A DNA stretch of 64,000 nucleotides from the NCBI GenBank assembly GCA_040285825.1, contig JAUPSS010000008.1, forward strand, positions 744,001 to 808,000, written 5' to 3'. The notes beneath the pieces are model-generated. The model was not told the origin of the DNA, did not search any database, and worked only from the letters and a program-made list of their open reading frames with translations. Shown here piece after piece: positions 11,335-22,890 of the stretch. The position numbers were made by a program, and so were the translations under genes. Source of the DNA: Eukaryota sp. TZLM1-RC (Eukaryota; Protista; Metamonada: BaSk clade). How positions within the stretch are numbered: the first letter of the stretch is position 1; each line of letters begins with the position of its first letter.

Positions 11335-13061
11335 AGTCCAGGGGCATTCCTGGACGTGCTTGGTCATGTCAGAAAGCATGTTAGGCCACCAGTAGTCACT
11401 GTTCTTGAGTCTGAGGAGACTTTCTGCCTTACTGGGGTGGCCACCTTGCGGGAGCCCATGTAGAAGGTTAAGCGTATCCTTAACCAGTGATTGAGGAATC
11501 ACGATCTTGTGCTCTGGAGTTAGATAGAGATCTAGACGACTATCCAAAGTACAGTTGTTTAACGAGGTGTCCTGATTAGCGAGGGCTCGCTTTTGTTCGG
11601 ACCTGATCTTGCAGAGCCATGGCTCGAAGAGTGGAAGGTCATTGGAGCATTTATCTTGAAGGATAGGCACCTTCTCGAATGTATGGAGATCTTCAACGAA
11701 GCATCTCTCTGACTCAGTTTCGTCAATCCTATTAGTGTAGAAGATAGGGTGAAACTCTTGGTCGTTAGAATGGACCAGATGGTTTATGGTATGGTTGTCT
11801 TGGGGCGGTACTATCCTAGATAGCATGTCTGCCCAATGGTTCTCTTCCCCTTTTGTATGAACGATGTCGAATAGGAACTCAGAAAAGATGGGAAGCCACC
11901 TTCTGACTATTCTGTTTTTGTTCGGAGCGGTAAGCATGTAAGTAAGGTTTTGGTGATCTGTGAAAATCATCAGACGCCTTCCTTTGAGGTAGTTCTCGAA
12001 GCCATTTTCGGTAAGCATGAGAAGGATAGCATAAAGCTCTTTCTGTACCGTGGGCCAGTTCTGCTGGGAGTTAGTCAACAATCTGCTGAAGAAGCTGATT
12101 GGTCTGCATTTCCTATTGAGTAAGGACCAGGTCCTTAGTGGGTTCTATTTGTTCCCAAATCACGCCGCCAACTGCTATATCGGAGGCATCGCAACTAATT
12201 AGTACTTGGTTATCCACCGGGGGTAAGTTCAGAGGCATATGCTCCGCGATCAGACGTTTGATTTCGGCTAAATGGTAGTCGTGAGTGTCTTTCCACTGCA
12301 AGCGACGCAGTTTGCCATGTGTTAATTTGATGATCGGGCAACATGCTTGGTTACCTGGGGAAGCCATTCCCTAATGAAGTTGACTGAGCCGATAAGGCTA
12401 CGGGCGTCTTTCACAGTCTTAGATCTGGGAAGATTCAGTAAAGACTCTGTGCGTGTAGGATCTATGGTCCTGGTTTTGTGTTGGAATCTGCTACCAAGGA
12501 TCTTTATTGGGTGTTTAGAGGACACAAAATGGCACTTGGGCAGTCCAAGGCTAACTCTACGGGTTCGAGCCTTCTCGAGGACAAGTCATAGACGTCCGAG
12601 GAACTCTTTAAAATTCTACCTACTATAATGATGTCATCTATATAGATGAATACACCGTCTCCGGTGAAGATGTCTGCCATAGCGTTCTAAAAAACTGCAG
12701 GAACGTTCTTGAGGCCGAAAGCAGCACGTTTAAACATGATACTTTTGCCAGGGATGCTTAAGACAGTCTTCTGCCAGTCTTTTTCTGCAATTTTTAGTTG
12801 CCAAAAGGCTTTGGGGAGATCAAGGGTACCGATGAAATTGGCTTCCGAAAGGAAGACTAGCACATCGGATATTCTAGGGAGATTCGGTTCAACAAGAACA
12901 GTGTTGGCGTTGACTCCGTCCTTGCCGCTGTAATCACCAGTAAGGCGAAGCTTACGATGATCAGGGTATACCACAAGACATACTGGAGAGCTGAACTCAT
13001 GGTTCGATGGTACAGCAAATCCAGACTAGACGAGTGCATCGAAGATCTGTTCGGCGACTTT
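11335..13061 (-). pseudogene. Gypsy pol (RT, RNase H, integrase N-terminus), disrupted
   Basis: Catalytic motifs are spread over ORFs 12687..12974, 12322..12525, 12113..12367 and 11296..12081, with in-frame TAG stops at 13062, 13026 and 12687 plus frameshifts. Confidence 0.88.
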
Positions 13062-15489
13062 CTACTTCTCGGGGTTTAACCTACGAGGGGGTCGTCTGAC
13101 TCGAATACTTTCATCATGAAAGTTGATCTCCATTGGAGGACAGTCAATCCCATCAGCATGCGGCTTAAGGGTGAATGTCTCTTCGAACTCTTTCAAGGTT
13201 AGAAGTAAGGTCTTCTTGTCGTTGTCACAGTCGAGGTTAATAGTACAACCAGAAGACTGTATGTGCTCCAACCAACGTCTGGGGACGTTGACGACATCTG
13301 AGACTTGGGAGATTCGATGGTCGAATTCAGCCTCAGGCAGAAGTAATGTAAGATGTTCCTCATCCATCTTGATGAAGAGGCCTTCATCGTTCAATAAGCC
13401 TAGGTGATGCAACAGGTCTCTACCAATTAGTAACATATTGTTGCCAAAAATGATGGCCAAGCTGTGTTTCACATGTACTAATTGGATTACACTACCGAGT
13501 CTGAAGCTCAGAGTGCCTTTTGCTGATCCTAAAGACTTTGACATGATGTTGTTTGCAGACTTAAAGTTTATGCAATGGTTAGTCTTTACCATGTTGCATC
13601 TCTCTGCTAAATCAACAGTGATGACTGATATCGAAGCTCCAGAGTCGATGATACCTTCTATTTTGCAGTTATTAATTGAAAATTTCAATTTTAAATTTTT
13701 GCGTGCGACATCTGAGATGCGAACCATGAAGATATCGCTGTGGGACTCTGAGACTGGGTTCGAGTCGAACTCATGAATGAAACAGGGTTTATTTGGTGTT
13801 TCTATCGTTGTAGCTGTTTTGAGATTCCGGGTAGTCAAAGGATTAGTTAAACACTTAATCCACTGGTTGCAGACTGAGGTTTCTTTTATGTTTGGTGTTT
13901 TACATGTTGGAGAGCTGTCTTGCTCTATAGTAAACAATGGACATTTGTTTGAACGTTGCTTTGGTGTATTACTTGTTGGAGAGCTATCTTGCTCTATAGT
14001 AAACAGTGGATATTTATGTGAACGTTTATTACTGCTGGAAGGGCCCTTGCCTCTTCCTCTACGTCTACCTCTGCCTCTACTACTACTACTACCTCTTGCC
14101 AAATATGCTTGAACTGCATCTGGGTTGGCATCTCGCCATTGCTTGGATCGCTGGCAATCAGGGTCGGGACATTCGTTAATAGTGTGGCCTGGAATACCAC
14201 AGAATCTACAGAGACCAGCTTTATCTCTTTCTTTCTTAATTTGCGACTTGCTCCTTTTGCTAAGTTGGGCAGGGGCGACGCTGGAACCCGCAGGCTTAAA
14301 TTTGCTTATTCGCTTCTTGTCCTTTGGGTTTGCTCTAACATAGTGACCCATATGTTGTTGATAGCTGTCACTGATGTTGGCCCTTTGCTCATCATAGGAT
14401 CTTGCTGAACACCAACTCATGTATTCAGCAGCCAGGATGTCAACAAATTGTTGTAATGTATGGTGTTGCCAAACATTGGGTGTGGACCACACAGTTCTCA
14501 GATTGTCGCTGATGGCCTGAATACCAACAGAATCAATCATATGGGTTGCAATTTCCCAGTTTTGAATGCGCTGTAGGAAATGTTGACCATACAAGGCACG
14601 GTCGCTTGTCCTGACGTCAGAAATGGCAGTACTTCGTGAAACTGTTCTCATTAGCCTCACAGTGAAGTCGCCCCAGCGATTCCTAAAATCCTGAATATTC
14701 CAATTCATCTGGACTCTATATAACTGATTCCTCGCCATTTCTAATGTACTATACTGGCTGAGGTGTAAAATTGATTCCCATATTTGCTCCTCATTAATGT
14801 TGTCGATAGCTGAGATACTATCAGACATGAACGAAAACCTGCCTTGAGCTCTCAGAGCGGCCAAGCACTCTGGAGTAACACAGGAGGCAATCCCACGAGG
14901 GTCGACTTGAGCAGCAGCTCTGAATCGGTCCCACTCGTGGAGGGGGTTACCATATCTCTGATCGAGAGGGAGGTTCCGGTTTTCTCTGCTAATGGATTGA
15001 GGAGTGGGCAGGAGGACGAGAACATTCCTCAAGTTGCCTTCTTAGTTCAGACACTTCTCTTGCTAGTCTGACTTGAGTAGGATCAGATTCATTGATATCT
15101 CTCTCTTCAATGGTCCTCTCAGTCCTAGCATACAGAATAAATCTGTCGATGTATTTCAAGATCCTTACTGGGTCAGAGATATCGTTGACTTCCAGGGTGG
15201 GTTTTCTAGGACGACCACCTCTTTGTCTATCTCTGTCTCTATCTTGTGAACTCGCCATAGCTTCCATCAGTAGAGCATTAGAATACTGAGGAGCTACGGG
15301 AGTGTTAGATGGAGTTACTCCTAGTAGCCTAGGGTCCTGAGGAACCTGGTAAGGAGTTGATGGATCTTGTGGTTGGACAACTACAGGTTGTTGCACCGTC
15401 TCAACAGTGTCAGTAGTCGCCATCGGCTCATCTTGTTGATCATCTTGAGGCTCAATGATCAAAGATGAGAAAACAGTGTCTGTATCCAC
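13062..15489 (-). pseudogene. Gypsy gag-protease, split by a probable 1-nt insertion near 15030
   Basis: ORF 14989..15489 (...ELRRQL) joins ORF 13062..15032 (RNVLVLL...) by a +1 shift. Contains a CCHC knuckle, an RG-rich tract, a 60-bp tandem duplication (K[Y/C]PLFTIEQDSSPT x2, ~13890-14010) and the DSGA protease motif. Confidence 0.8.
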
Positions 15490-15493
15490 TGGG

Positions 15494-17170
15494 TCAGTAA
15501 TCAGAGGTTCTCAATTCTACTGGGTCATGATCACTCGGATAGTAACTTTCCACATTACCATCGATATTAACCCAAAGAAGGGAACTTGAATTGGTGACAC
15601 CAATGTTCTCCTGTACATTCATAAGGGCATCCCTTAGAGACCTATTCCTTCTATGCTCTGGACCAAAATATGACGCGCGATGGTCTGGTCTGCGGTCTTG
15701 AAGGTACAATCTCTGATAGTTCGTAGTGTAGGTGTACCACCATCCAGTTCTGAAGTCTCTGTTGATGTAAATATCAAGAGCAGCATTGTATCCAGGGCTA
15801 AACCTGGGAAAAGGACAAGGATTACATCGGTTGAGGAAGAGATTCAGCTCATCACCAGCGAAGATCCTCTGTACACCTTCACGAGGAGTCCTGAACCCTC
15901 CAACAGTCTCCCGTTGAGGATAGTTTGGAGGAGGGTCACAGCGAACCGTGAGATTGTCTACTTCCTCCGTTGGGAAGTAGGGGCCTATTCTTCTGCGGAT
16001 CCTAAAGCCGTGATCATTAACCACTTCTGGACCCCAAAATGGGGGTAAAGCAGCAATGAGTTCATTGGGAGGAATCGATGCAGGATTTCCTTGCATTAAC
16101 TCAATAGCAGCATTGAGAACTAAGGTTTGAGCTTCAGTTCTCTGCTGAGTAGAGATGAAAGGAGAATCTGATTCCTGGGGCTGGCTTGGAGCTTGATAGG
16201 TGTTAGGCTGTGCAGCACTAAGCACCTGCCAAGCAGCAGGAACAGAAGAAACAACGTGACCTTGCTGAGGAATCTGGCCAGAGGTTTGAGGGATATGAAT
16301 TACTTCACTAGTAGGAGCTCCCGAAGGAGGAACAGGTGGAGTTAAATGGACTACTGTAGGAGCTACCGAAGTAGGAACAGAAGTATCAGGAAGACCTGCT
16401 ACAGGAACTTCTCGAGAAGGAGTAGTAGGATTAGAGTTATCAGCAGGGACTGCAGGAGGAGTTGGTTGTTGCGGAGGGCTGCTTTCCATAGGAACTTCCG
16501 TAGAAGGAGTAGAAGGAGCTTGTTGTCCTTCCTCAAAAGCTTCCGTAGAAGGAGTGGAAGGAATGACAGGAGCGCAAACAATAGGTGAAGAGGGAGACTC
16601 TACCATCTTGAGCTTCAACAGCTCAGATATCTTGTTGCTGGCCGAGTCAGGGTCAGTCTGGTTGATAATATACTTCAGATATTCATCTAAAGTACTGAAC
16701 TGTTCAGGACCTAAAAGGGAGTCTTCAACCTCTCCTTCAGAACCAGGGGGAAGAGAAAGAGGCACAAAGTTTTCCACATTAGAGGGAGGAACAGGAAGAC
16801 CGATAGGAACCACATGAACATCCGTGGATGGAATGGAACCTTGACCCGGAGGGTGAGAGGAAGTATCACTTCTTTCGCCACCAAAGGGTAGTTCTGTTTC
16901 CAACTGAGGAGTTTGGGAGGAAGAACTTGAAGCATTGGGTTGTGTGACAGAATCTCCAGAAGGAGGAGTCGACACAGGAGGAGAAGAAGCATTGCTTCCC
17001 TCGGACCCAGTTGTCAAGGGTTGTTCTGGTCCCGACTGAGGAGTTCGGGAGGAAAAACTCGAAAGGTGAGACGTAGGAGGATCAGTCCTAACAGTCTCGG
17101 AGGTGTCATTGAAACCATTCAAAGGTGATCCAATACGTATTGATAATCTGCGGGTGTTATGACGGGACAT
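15494..17170 (-). CDS. Retrotransposon-borne ORF1: Pro/Ser/Thr-rich region plus ~210-aa globular domain of unknown function
   Basis: Intact 558-aa ATG-started ORF directly upstream of gag on the same strand, with the same raised GC content and PSTPSTE repeats. Confidence 0.7.
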   Translation of the reverse strand: MSRHNTRRLSIRIGSPLNGFNDTSETVRTDPPTSHLSSFSSRTPQSGPEQPLTTGSEGSNASSPPVSTPPSGDSVTQPNASSSSSQTPQLETELPFGGERSDTSSHPPGQGSIPSTDVHVVPIGLPVPPSNVENFVPLSLPPGSEGEVEDSLLGPEQFSTLDEYLKYIINQTDPDSASNKISELLKLKMVESPSSPIVCAPVIPSTPSTEAFEEGQQAPSTPSTEVPMESSPPQQPTPPAVPADNSNPTTPSREVPVAGLPDTSVPTSVAPTVVHLTPPVPPSGAPTSEVIHIPQTSGQIPQQGHVVSSVPAAWQVLSAAQPNTYQAPSQPQESDSPFISTQQRTEAQTLVLNAAIELMQGNPASIPPNELIAALPPFWGPEVVNDHGFRIRRRIGPYFPTEEVDNLTVRCDPPPNYPQRETVGGFRTPREGVQRIFAGDELNLFLNRCNPCPFPRFSPGYNAALDIYINRDFRTGWWYTYTTNYQRLYLQDRRPDHRASYFGPEHRRNRSLRDALMNVQENIGVTNSSSLLWVNIDGNVESYYPSDHDPVELRTSDY

Positions 17171-19756
17171 GAACTTATATGAAAAGTAGAGTAATTTATT
17201 ACAAGGGAATGAGGATTTCCCTTAACTTAAGCGCATGGGCGCAATAATACAATAACTATTAATTAACTATAAATAAACTATTATAAATATTATCCAAGGC
17301 TAACAGAAGGGCATCAAAAAAGGAAGTATTTCCTTTTTCACCTTGATCTTAGGGATATACACCTACTGAATCAGAGTTGTTACACACATTGATACCACGT
17401 ACATTGATCAACTTTCTTTTTGGTGGAGTAAGATTGATCATGTGTGAAAGTACAAGAGGTGGCCGTTCCAATAGGGAAATGGTTTACCGCTTACCACAGA
17501 GTGACACAAACCAACTCAATGTTGAACTATTTTCCATAAAACCATTATCCATGAGAATGAATCTCCATAATGAGTTGGAAAAAAACATTAGTCATTGCAC
17601 GACTTCCTCGGTCATTGTTGACCATCAGAAAGTCCATAATAGAAAGCTCAGTCAAGTCAAAAACCATAATTTTGGTACATTCTCTTCAGGTACATTGCGT
17701 AATGGAGTCTAAAGGGAGTTTCGAAAATTCGGAGGATAGCGTCCGGCACGATATCCTGTACTTATATCAGCCAAGAAACTCACCAAGAGCTAATCACCCT
17801 TGGTGTAGCAACACCTCTGACGACTGGTTGCCCTTCACAATGACAGATGCATTGTTTGTTGATCTATGGAAATAGAAGGCATGAATGGCCAAGGATAAAT
17901 GGCATGGTATTGGTAGATATCTGATTAGATCCAAAAACTCAGCAAGAACAAAGGCGCGGAAAAGGAAAAAAACGCCTGAGTCCTAAGTTTGAAGGGACCC
18001 CAAGGTTCCTTACATTGGAGTTTAAAATAGAAACCTTCATCAGAATGTGTCGTAATCTGGTAAAGTTGGGATGTAATAGATCTACGAACGTCAGCAATAT
18101 CAAAATGATTCAAATCTTGAAACTCAGAATTTATTACATTCGTACGGGAACAACTCTGAAAGTTTATAGTTGAAGTGAGGGAGCGTGTGTGAAGGGAACG
18201 AGTTGTTTGTATGTGTAGAATCGACAACACCAATTGGTGAAAAGACGAAAATCAAACAATGAATACCATAAGAAGGCAGATATGTCAATGAGGAGGACAG
18301 TTCGCCTGAAAGAGCCCTTAAAGAACGAGATCAGACGTGCCATTAACATCAAGAGGTAAAAAACCCATGAGTCACGTTGCCAGAATCGATTTTAGGCCTT
18401 ATAGGAAGAGAGTGTTGGCGTTTAGGGCGAGTCCAACAATTGTTTTAAGAGAACCAACTGCAGGTATAAGGTAAAAAAGAGTCGAAAATGAGTAGAAAAA
18501 CATGTAGAAAGAGTACATGGAGTGTCCTAAGGCTTGGAAAAGGAGGTAAGTGAGGGAAATAAGAATGAATCAGAAAAAGACAATCCATATAAACCACAAA
18601 AGAAAGCAAAACAAGATAGAATATTGAGAGAAAAACACATGTTGCGCAAGGAGGTATATTCAAGCTTCTGTTGTGACATAACGAGAACCTAGTTTATGAA
18701 GTGAGGGATTAGTGAAAGCCTCCCAGAACAGGCAACCAGAAATCGAAAATGGCTTGACAAGTGAAAAATTTGATAGATGAGCTGTTTTTTCTCACTACAT
18801 GTCAGACACACCCCTGTGTCACGTGTATTCACTCGGTCTTGTGCACTTAACTCGCTACTGTTTCCTACTGCAGTGAAACAAATTCGAACTGACCTTCCTT
18901 TGGTCACCGAGACTTGTCATGAAGCTGTTTTATTGCATTAATCTTTTCTATTGAATTTTCCGTTGGCATCAAGAGCTTTAGTGGAACAGGATCTATGGTA
19001 TCTTGTTATGACCTTCATCACCACTGGTTTTTTTCCAAACCCATCCACCTCCAAAAAACAACACCAATTACTCGATGTATTTTACAGTGGATTTTTTCCT
19101 GAATGCCCACAAGACAGGGCTCTTGTTTCTACATGGGAAAATTATCTAGTTCCCTATAGAAATTCATTCACTATTTTTCTCAATGAGTGGCTGCAGGGGC
19201 AAAGATGCATTTCTATTAATAGAAAAGGACTTTCTCCTTACCTTGTTTGTCAAGCTTGTCAATTGGCAACTAAAGTTAAGACAAGTTTACCTACAATATG
19301 TCAACCCTGGACTAAAAGCTTCATTCGTACTCATTGTAGAGCCTGGATAAATGGATTTTTTTTGCCAATTATGTTCTGTCCCTTATACCAGATGAACCCT
19401 CAGCACCTCTAGAAGCTAGTGTAATAACAGAAGGTGAGCAACCCGATCAAGTAGTTGTTGATTCTATTCTTGAACGGTACACCAATTTCCATTTTAATAA
19501 TTCAAGAAAAAGATTTTTTTATTAAATGCATGTAATTTTATTTTGAATCTTTGTCAAAATTTATTTCCACTGCTTCCTTACTAATCTCAAGTGATAAGAT
19601 CACCTTTTCATCAAAGGAAATTGGTGAGCTTTTTCTCTTTAATCCTAAAATTTCACAATATTTACTCACTTTTTTCTCATATGCATTGCCGGAAAAAATT
19701 TAGAATAACACCTTTAGCACCTTTCTTTTGTACATCTTAGATTGGCTAAGGAAAAT

Positions 19757-21520
19757 TAGATATTTATTGAACATGCACACTTAATTAAATTAATTCATAA
19801 CTAATGGGACGACTATCATTGAACCAAGATTTCCTCTACAAAATCTTGATCTGTTTGCTGTCTAGCTTAAGCTTCTCTTATTCGATTGAAAAAACGAGGT
19901 AATCTGTTAAGAATGGCAAATTGAATCCAAGAACGCCATAAAAAAATGTCAAATCTTTTCATTGTTGTTTCTTGAACCATTTTTTGGAAGTCCTTCAAAA
20001 GAATTTCTGCTTCATCTGATAATCATCCATTTATCGAAAATGGGAAAACAATAAAAACTAGCTGTGTATTTCTATCAGCATTAGCCTCTTCAATATTTTT
20101 ATCATATTTTCTATGTTTTTCTTTTGCTTAAAAATCAAAAAGCACTCTCAGGATTGAGTTTTCTTCTGTGAACCAAAGTATCATTTGCAACATTACATGA
20201 GACAAAGTCAACAATAGCTTCAGAATTATCAATCCAATCACAGTATACATCACCTCTATCATCAGAACCAAAAATATTCAGAGACAGTGTTTCCTTCAGC
20301 AGAGGCTCTTTGATACACGATATTCTTGCAGTTTGTGCCATATTATAAACATTGTCTTTAACAGCATCATGTAATGAAGAACGATAAGTTATCAATTTAG
20401 AACAATTCAGAGCATGGCGCAAAGTGAGTTGAGATGAATTCGATGTTCGTCTTAGCTTGGCTAAAGAAAAGAATCCCGTTTTTGCAAACTTTTTAATTGA
20501 CCTCAAGGATAGTAGCACAAGTTGTCTTATTTCCCAGATTCCAAATGTATATGGTCTATTATTAAATGATCATCAATGGACAACTGCCTTCACGATGAGG
20601 TGTTTTCTGTGGCCATGTAGTGTGCCAAATGATTTGATTTGTCGTTGTGGGCAGCTCATTAATCTGAATCATTTATTTAATTGCAAATTTAATATTACAT
20701 ATCGCTCAGTTGTTCACGATGCTGTTAGAGACCAACTATACGCTATGTGCAAAAGTCATCACATTGAAGCTTTTGTTGAACCACTTGTGCGAAGGTTGTC
20801 ATCTGAAAATGAAGATGAAAATACTTTCGGGAAACGCCGTGCTGATTTAATTACCCCTGCGTCTGATGGTGTTATTAAAGTTGTTGATGTTGTCACTGTT
20901 GATGTTTGTAAAGACTCAGCAATTGATTTTGCTAAAAGAGATGAAACTCCACTTTGCTTTGCTGAAAAGAGCAAAATCAAAAAGTACAATGAACCCTTAT
21001 CTCAGCTAGGACGTGTTGAGCATGTCAAGTATCAGTTGGTTCCATTTGCTGTTTCTCTTTTTGGTAACATTGGAATATCTGGCATTAAATTTCTTGAAGG
21101 TTTCAGAAGTTTAATAAAAGAAGGAGCTGGAAAAGAATTGAACTTCAATTTCTGGCACAATAGAATTGTTTTCAGTATTCTTAAAGCAATTCCAGAAATG
21201 TTGACCAAAGCACTGTTACAATTAGGAATAGAGTATGAAAATCGCGCGCTTAAGAGATTTGATGATGTTGATGCGTGTATTGAGGATATTGAGTTCTGGT
21301 TTTTTGTTTTATGTTATGTTAGCGTTCAAAATAAATCTCATCGAATAAAAAAAGATGAATTCGAACAAATACATTTTTCTTTTAATAATAATTGATTAAT
21401 GGGGATATTCAAATATAATCTCATTTTTGTTACAAATGCATCATTAGTGGCACACAATTTAAATCTTCGTGGTACAATGGTTACAAAAAGTGAAGAATCT
21501 GATGACTTATTTTCACAAAC
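19757..21520 (-). mobile_element. CRE-like family A copy, 5'-truncated, interrupted by a family B insertion
   Basis: 19760-20443 and 21353-21520 are contiguous reverse-complement matches to family A (CICSNS|SQLTLRHALNC). Confidence 0.88.
20444..21352 (+). mobile_element. CRE-like family B copy, 5'-truncated, with A-tail and 12-bp TSD
   Basis: Open CCHC+RLE frame homologous to 10076..10855. Ends in AATAAAAAAA and is flanked by AGATGAATTCGA at 20432-20443 and 21353-21364. Confidence 0.9.
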
Positions 21521-22065
21521 TGAAAAAAGGAAAAGAATCCCCCCCTTTGTTTTTAAAAATAGCAAAAAAAACGAGAAACTGGAGGCTACCAGAGGCTTTG
21601 CTGTCAATAACTGAATCAACAGATATGACATTGAAAAGTACAAATTATAATTTAAAAGACTACCTAAACAAAACAACAAATTACTTTTAAGTTTTTAAAC
21701 TATCGATCAACTCTCCACAATTATTGTATTAGCAAAACTCCAATAGCACAATTAGGAAAAACCCCCAATCAGTTCCATTAAGTCAATTGCAATTTCAGGA
21801 ATAATAATAATAATAATGGAATTCAAAGGAATAATTACTATTGCAGTTGTTTTGAAATCTGCATATTGTCCCCAGTGGATAGAATTTAATAATCCATTAC
21901 ATCTAAATTAATCCAAATGTTCACCTCCCAATGGTAGATTCAAAAATAATGTGGAGCATTATAGGAATTCTTCAAAATACGCAAAATGGATTGAAAACAC
22001 AATTTCTCATTCAAAATACTACAACGTCTAACACTACACTTTTCAATTCTAGCAAAGTTTATTAT

Positions 22066-22644
22066 ATGTCGTCTATTCAACAGCTGCTTCAACATCAAAA
22101 AGATCAAACCTCTCTCAGCTTCAATGATCCTAGCTTTATGCGCATGTTTGGAGAATTGACCTTCGAAACGGTTCTTGACTATTTTGCGTTGTCCCCTTTC
22201 TATGATCCGAAGTCTGTCAATGAAATAATCAGAGTTCAACAGCAAGATCGATCCCATCTGTCAACTATGCCTGGAATAGCATTTGATGTAAGGGAAGCTC
22301 TGTCTAAACCACCAGATTTCTTCATTATTGTCAAGCTTTACAGACATGAAAATCTTACAAACTACACAGACTTAAGTTTCTACTATATCTATAGAGGTTC
22401 GATTTTTCAAGTTCCTTCGTCAATGGTTGTGTTACAAAGTAGGTTATTCAACATGTCTTATTCTTTGGATTCTTTGTTGGCAAAATTCTCAGAAGCGACA
22501 CAATATTCGTTATCAGAAGGTTATCAACTAAAACTTGCGCAGAAGGAAGAGGAAGCTCAGTTGACAGAGTCAGATGAAAAGGCAGCGAGTGACGTTCACT
22601 ATATGAATTCCACACTCCTTAATTCGGTTTTGTCGAGACTGTAG
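22066..22644 (+). CDS. MED6: Mediator complex subunit 6
   Basis: VLDYFALSPFYD..SVNE..R.Q, FFIIVK..R, YYIY.GSIFQVPS...VLQSRL motifs. The in-frame ATG at 22066 is preferred over the ORF start at 21931. Confidence 0.9.
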   Translation: MSSIQQLLQHQKDQTSLSFNDPSFMRMFGELTFETVLDYFALSPFYDPKSVNEIIRVQQQDRSHLSTMPGIAFDVREALSKPPDFFIIVKLYRHENLTNYTDLSFYYIYRGSIFQVPSSMVVLQSRLFNMSYSLDSLLAKFSEATQYSLSEGYQLKLAQKEEEAQLTESDEKAASDVHYMNSTLLNSVLSRL

Positions 22645-22890
22645 GGTGACATGGTTGTTGATTTGATGATTGTTTTTACCAACTTCGCCTTGCTTTCCAT
22701 CAGAAGCACTTTTCCAATTTCGGTGTTTACCAAGCTTCACCTGTAAAGAGTAGCAATGATTGCTTATTCAATTAATATGAATGTTTTATTCCCCTTTTTG
22801 TGTGATTGTGGATGACGAATTCCAACCTCTAGTTATAACTTTTTTTCACATCTTTATATTCTGAAAAGATTTTCAGTTTAATTTCCAACA

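Larger units (their letters stand above)
11335..17245 (-). mobile_element. Ty3/Gypsy LTR retrotransposon, 3'-truncated within the integrase zinc finger, with an extra upstream ORF
   Basis: Order is ORF1, gag (CRFCGIPGHTINEC knuckle), protease (IIDSGAS), RT (LDLPKAFWQ, FGLKNVP, YIDD at ~12630-12645), RNase H (CDAS, ELYAI, TDHQNL, WADMLSR) and IN N-terminus (H..GH...WWPNM...HVQECP). Possible short 5' LTR at ~17155-17245. Confidence 0.9.

Noticed and set aside
15020-15045. Programmed +1 frameshift (CTT GAG G) within gag
   Set aside because: It does not match the Ty1 CTT AGG C site, a single inserted base explains it, and the element has many other lesions.
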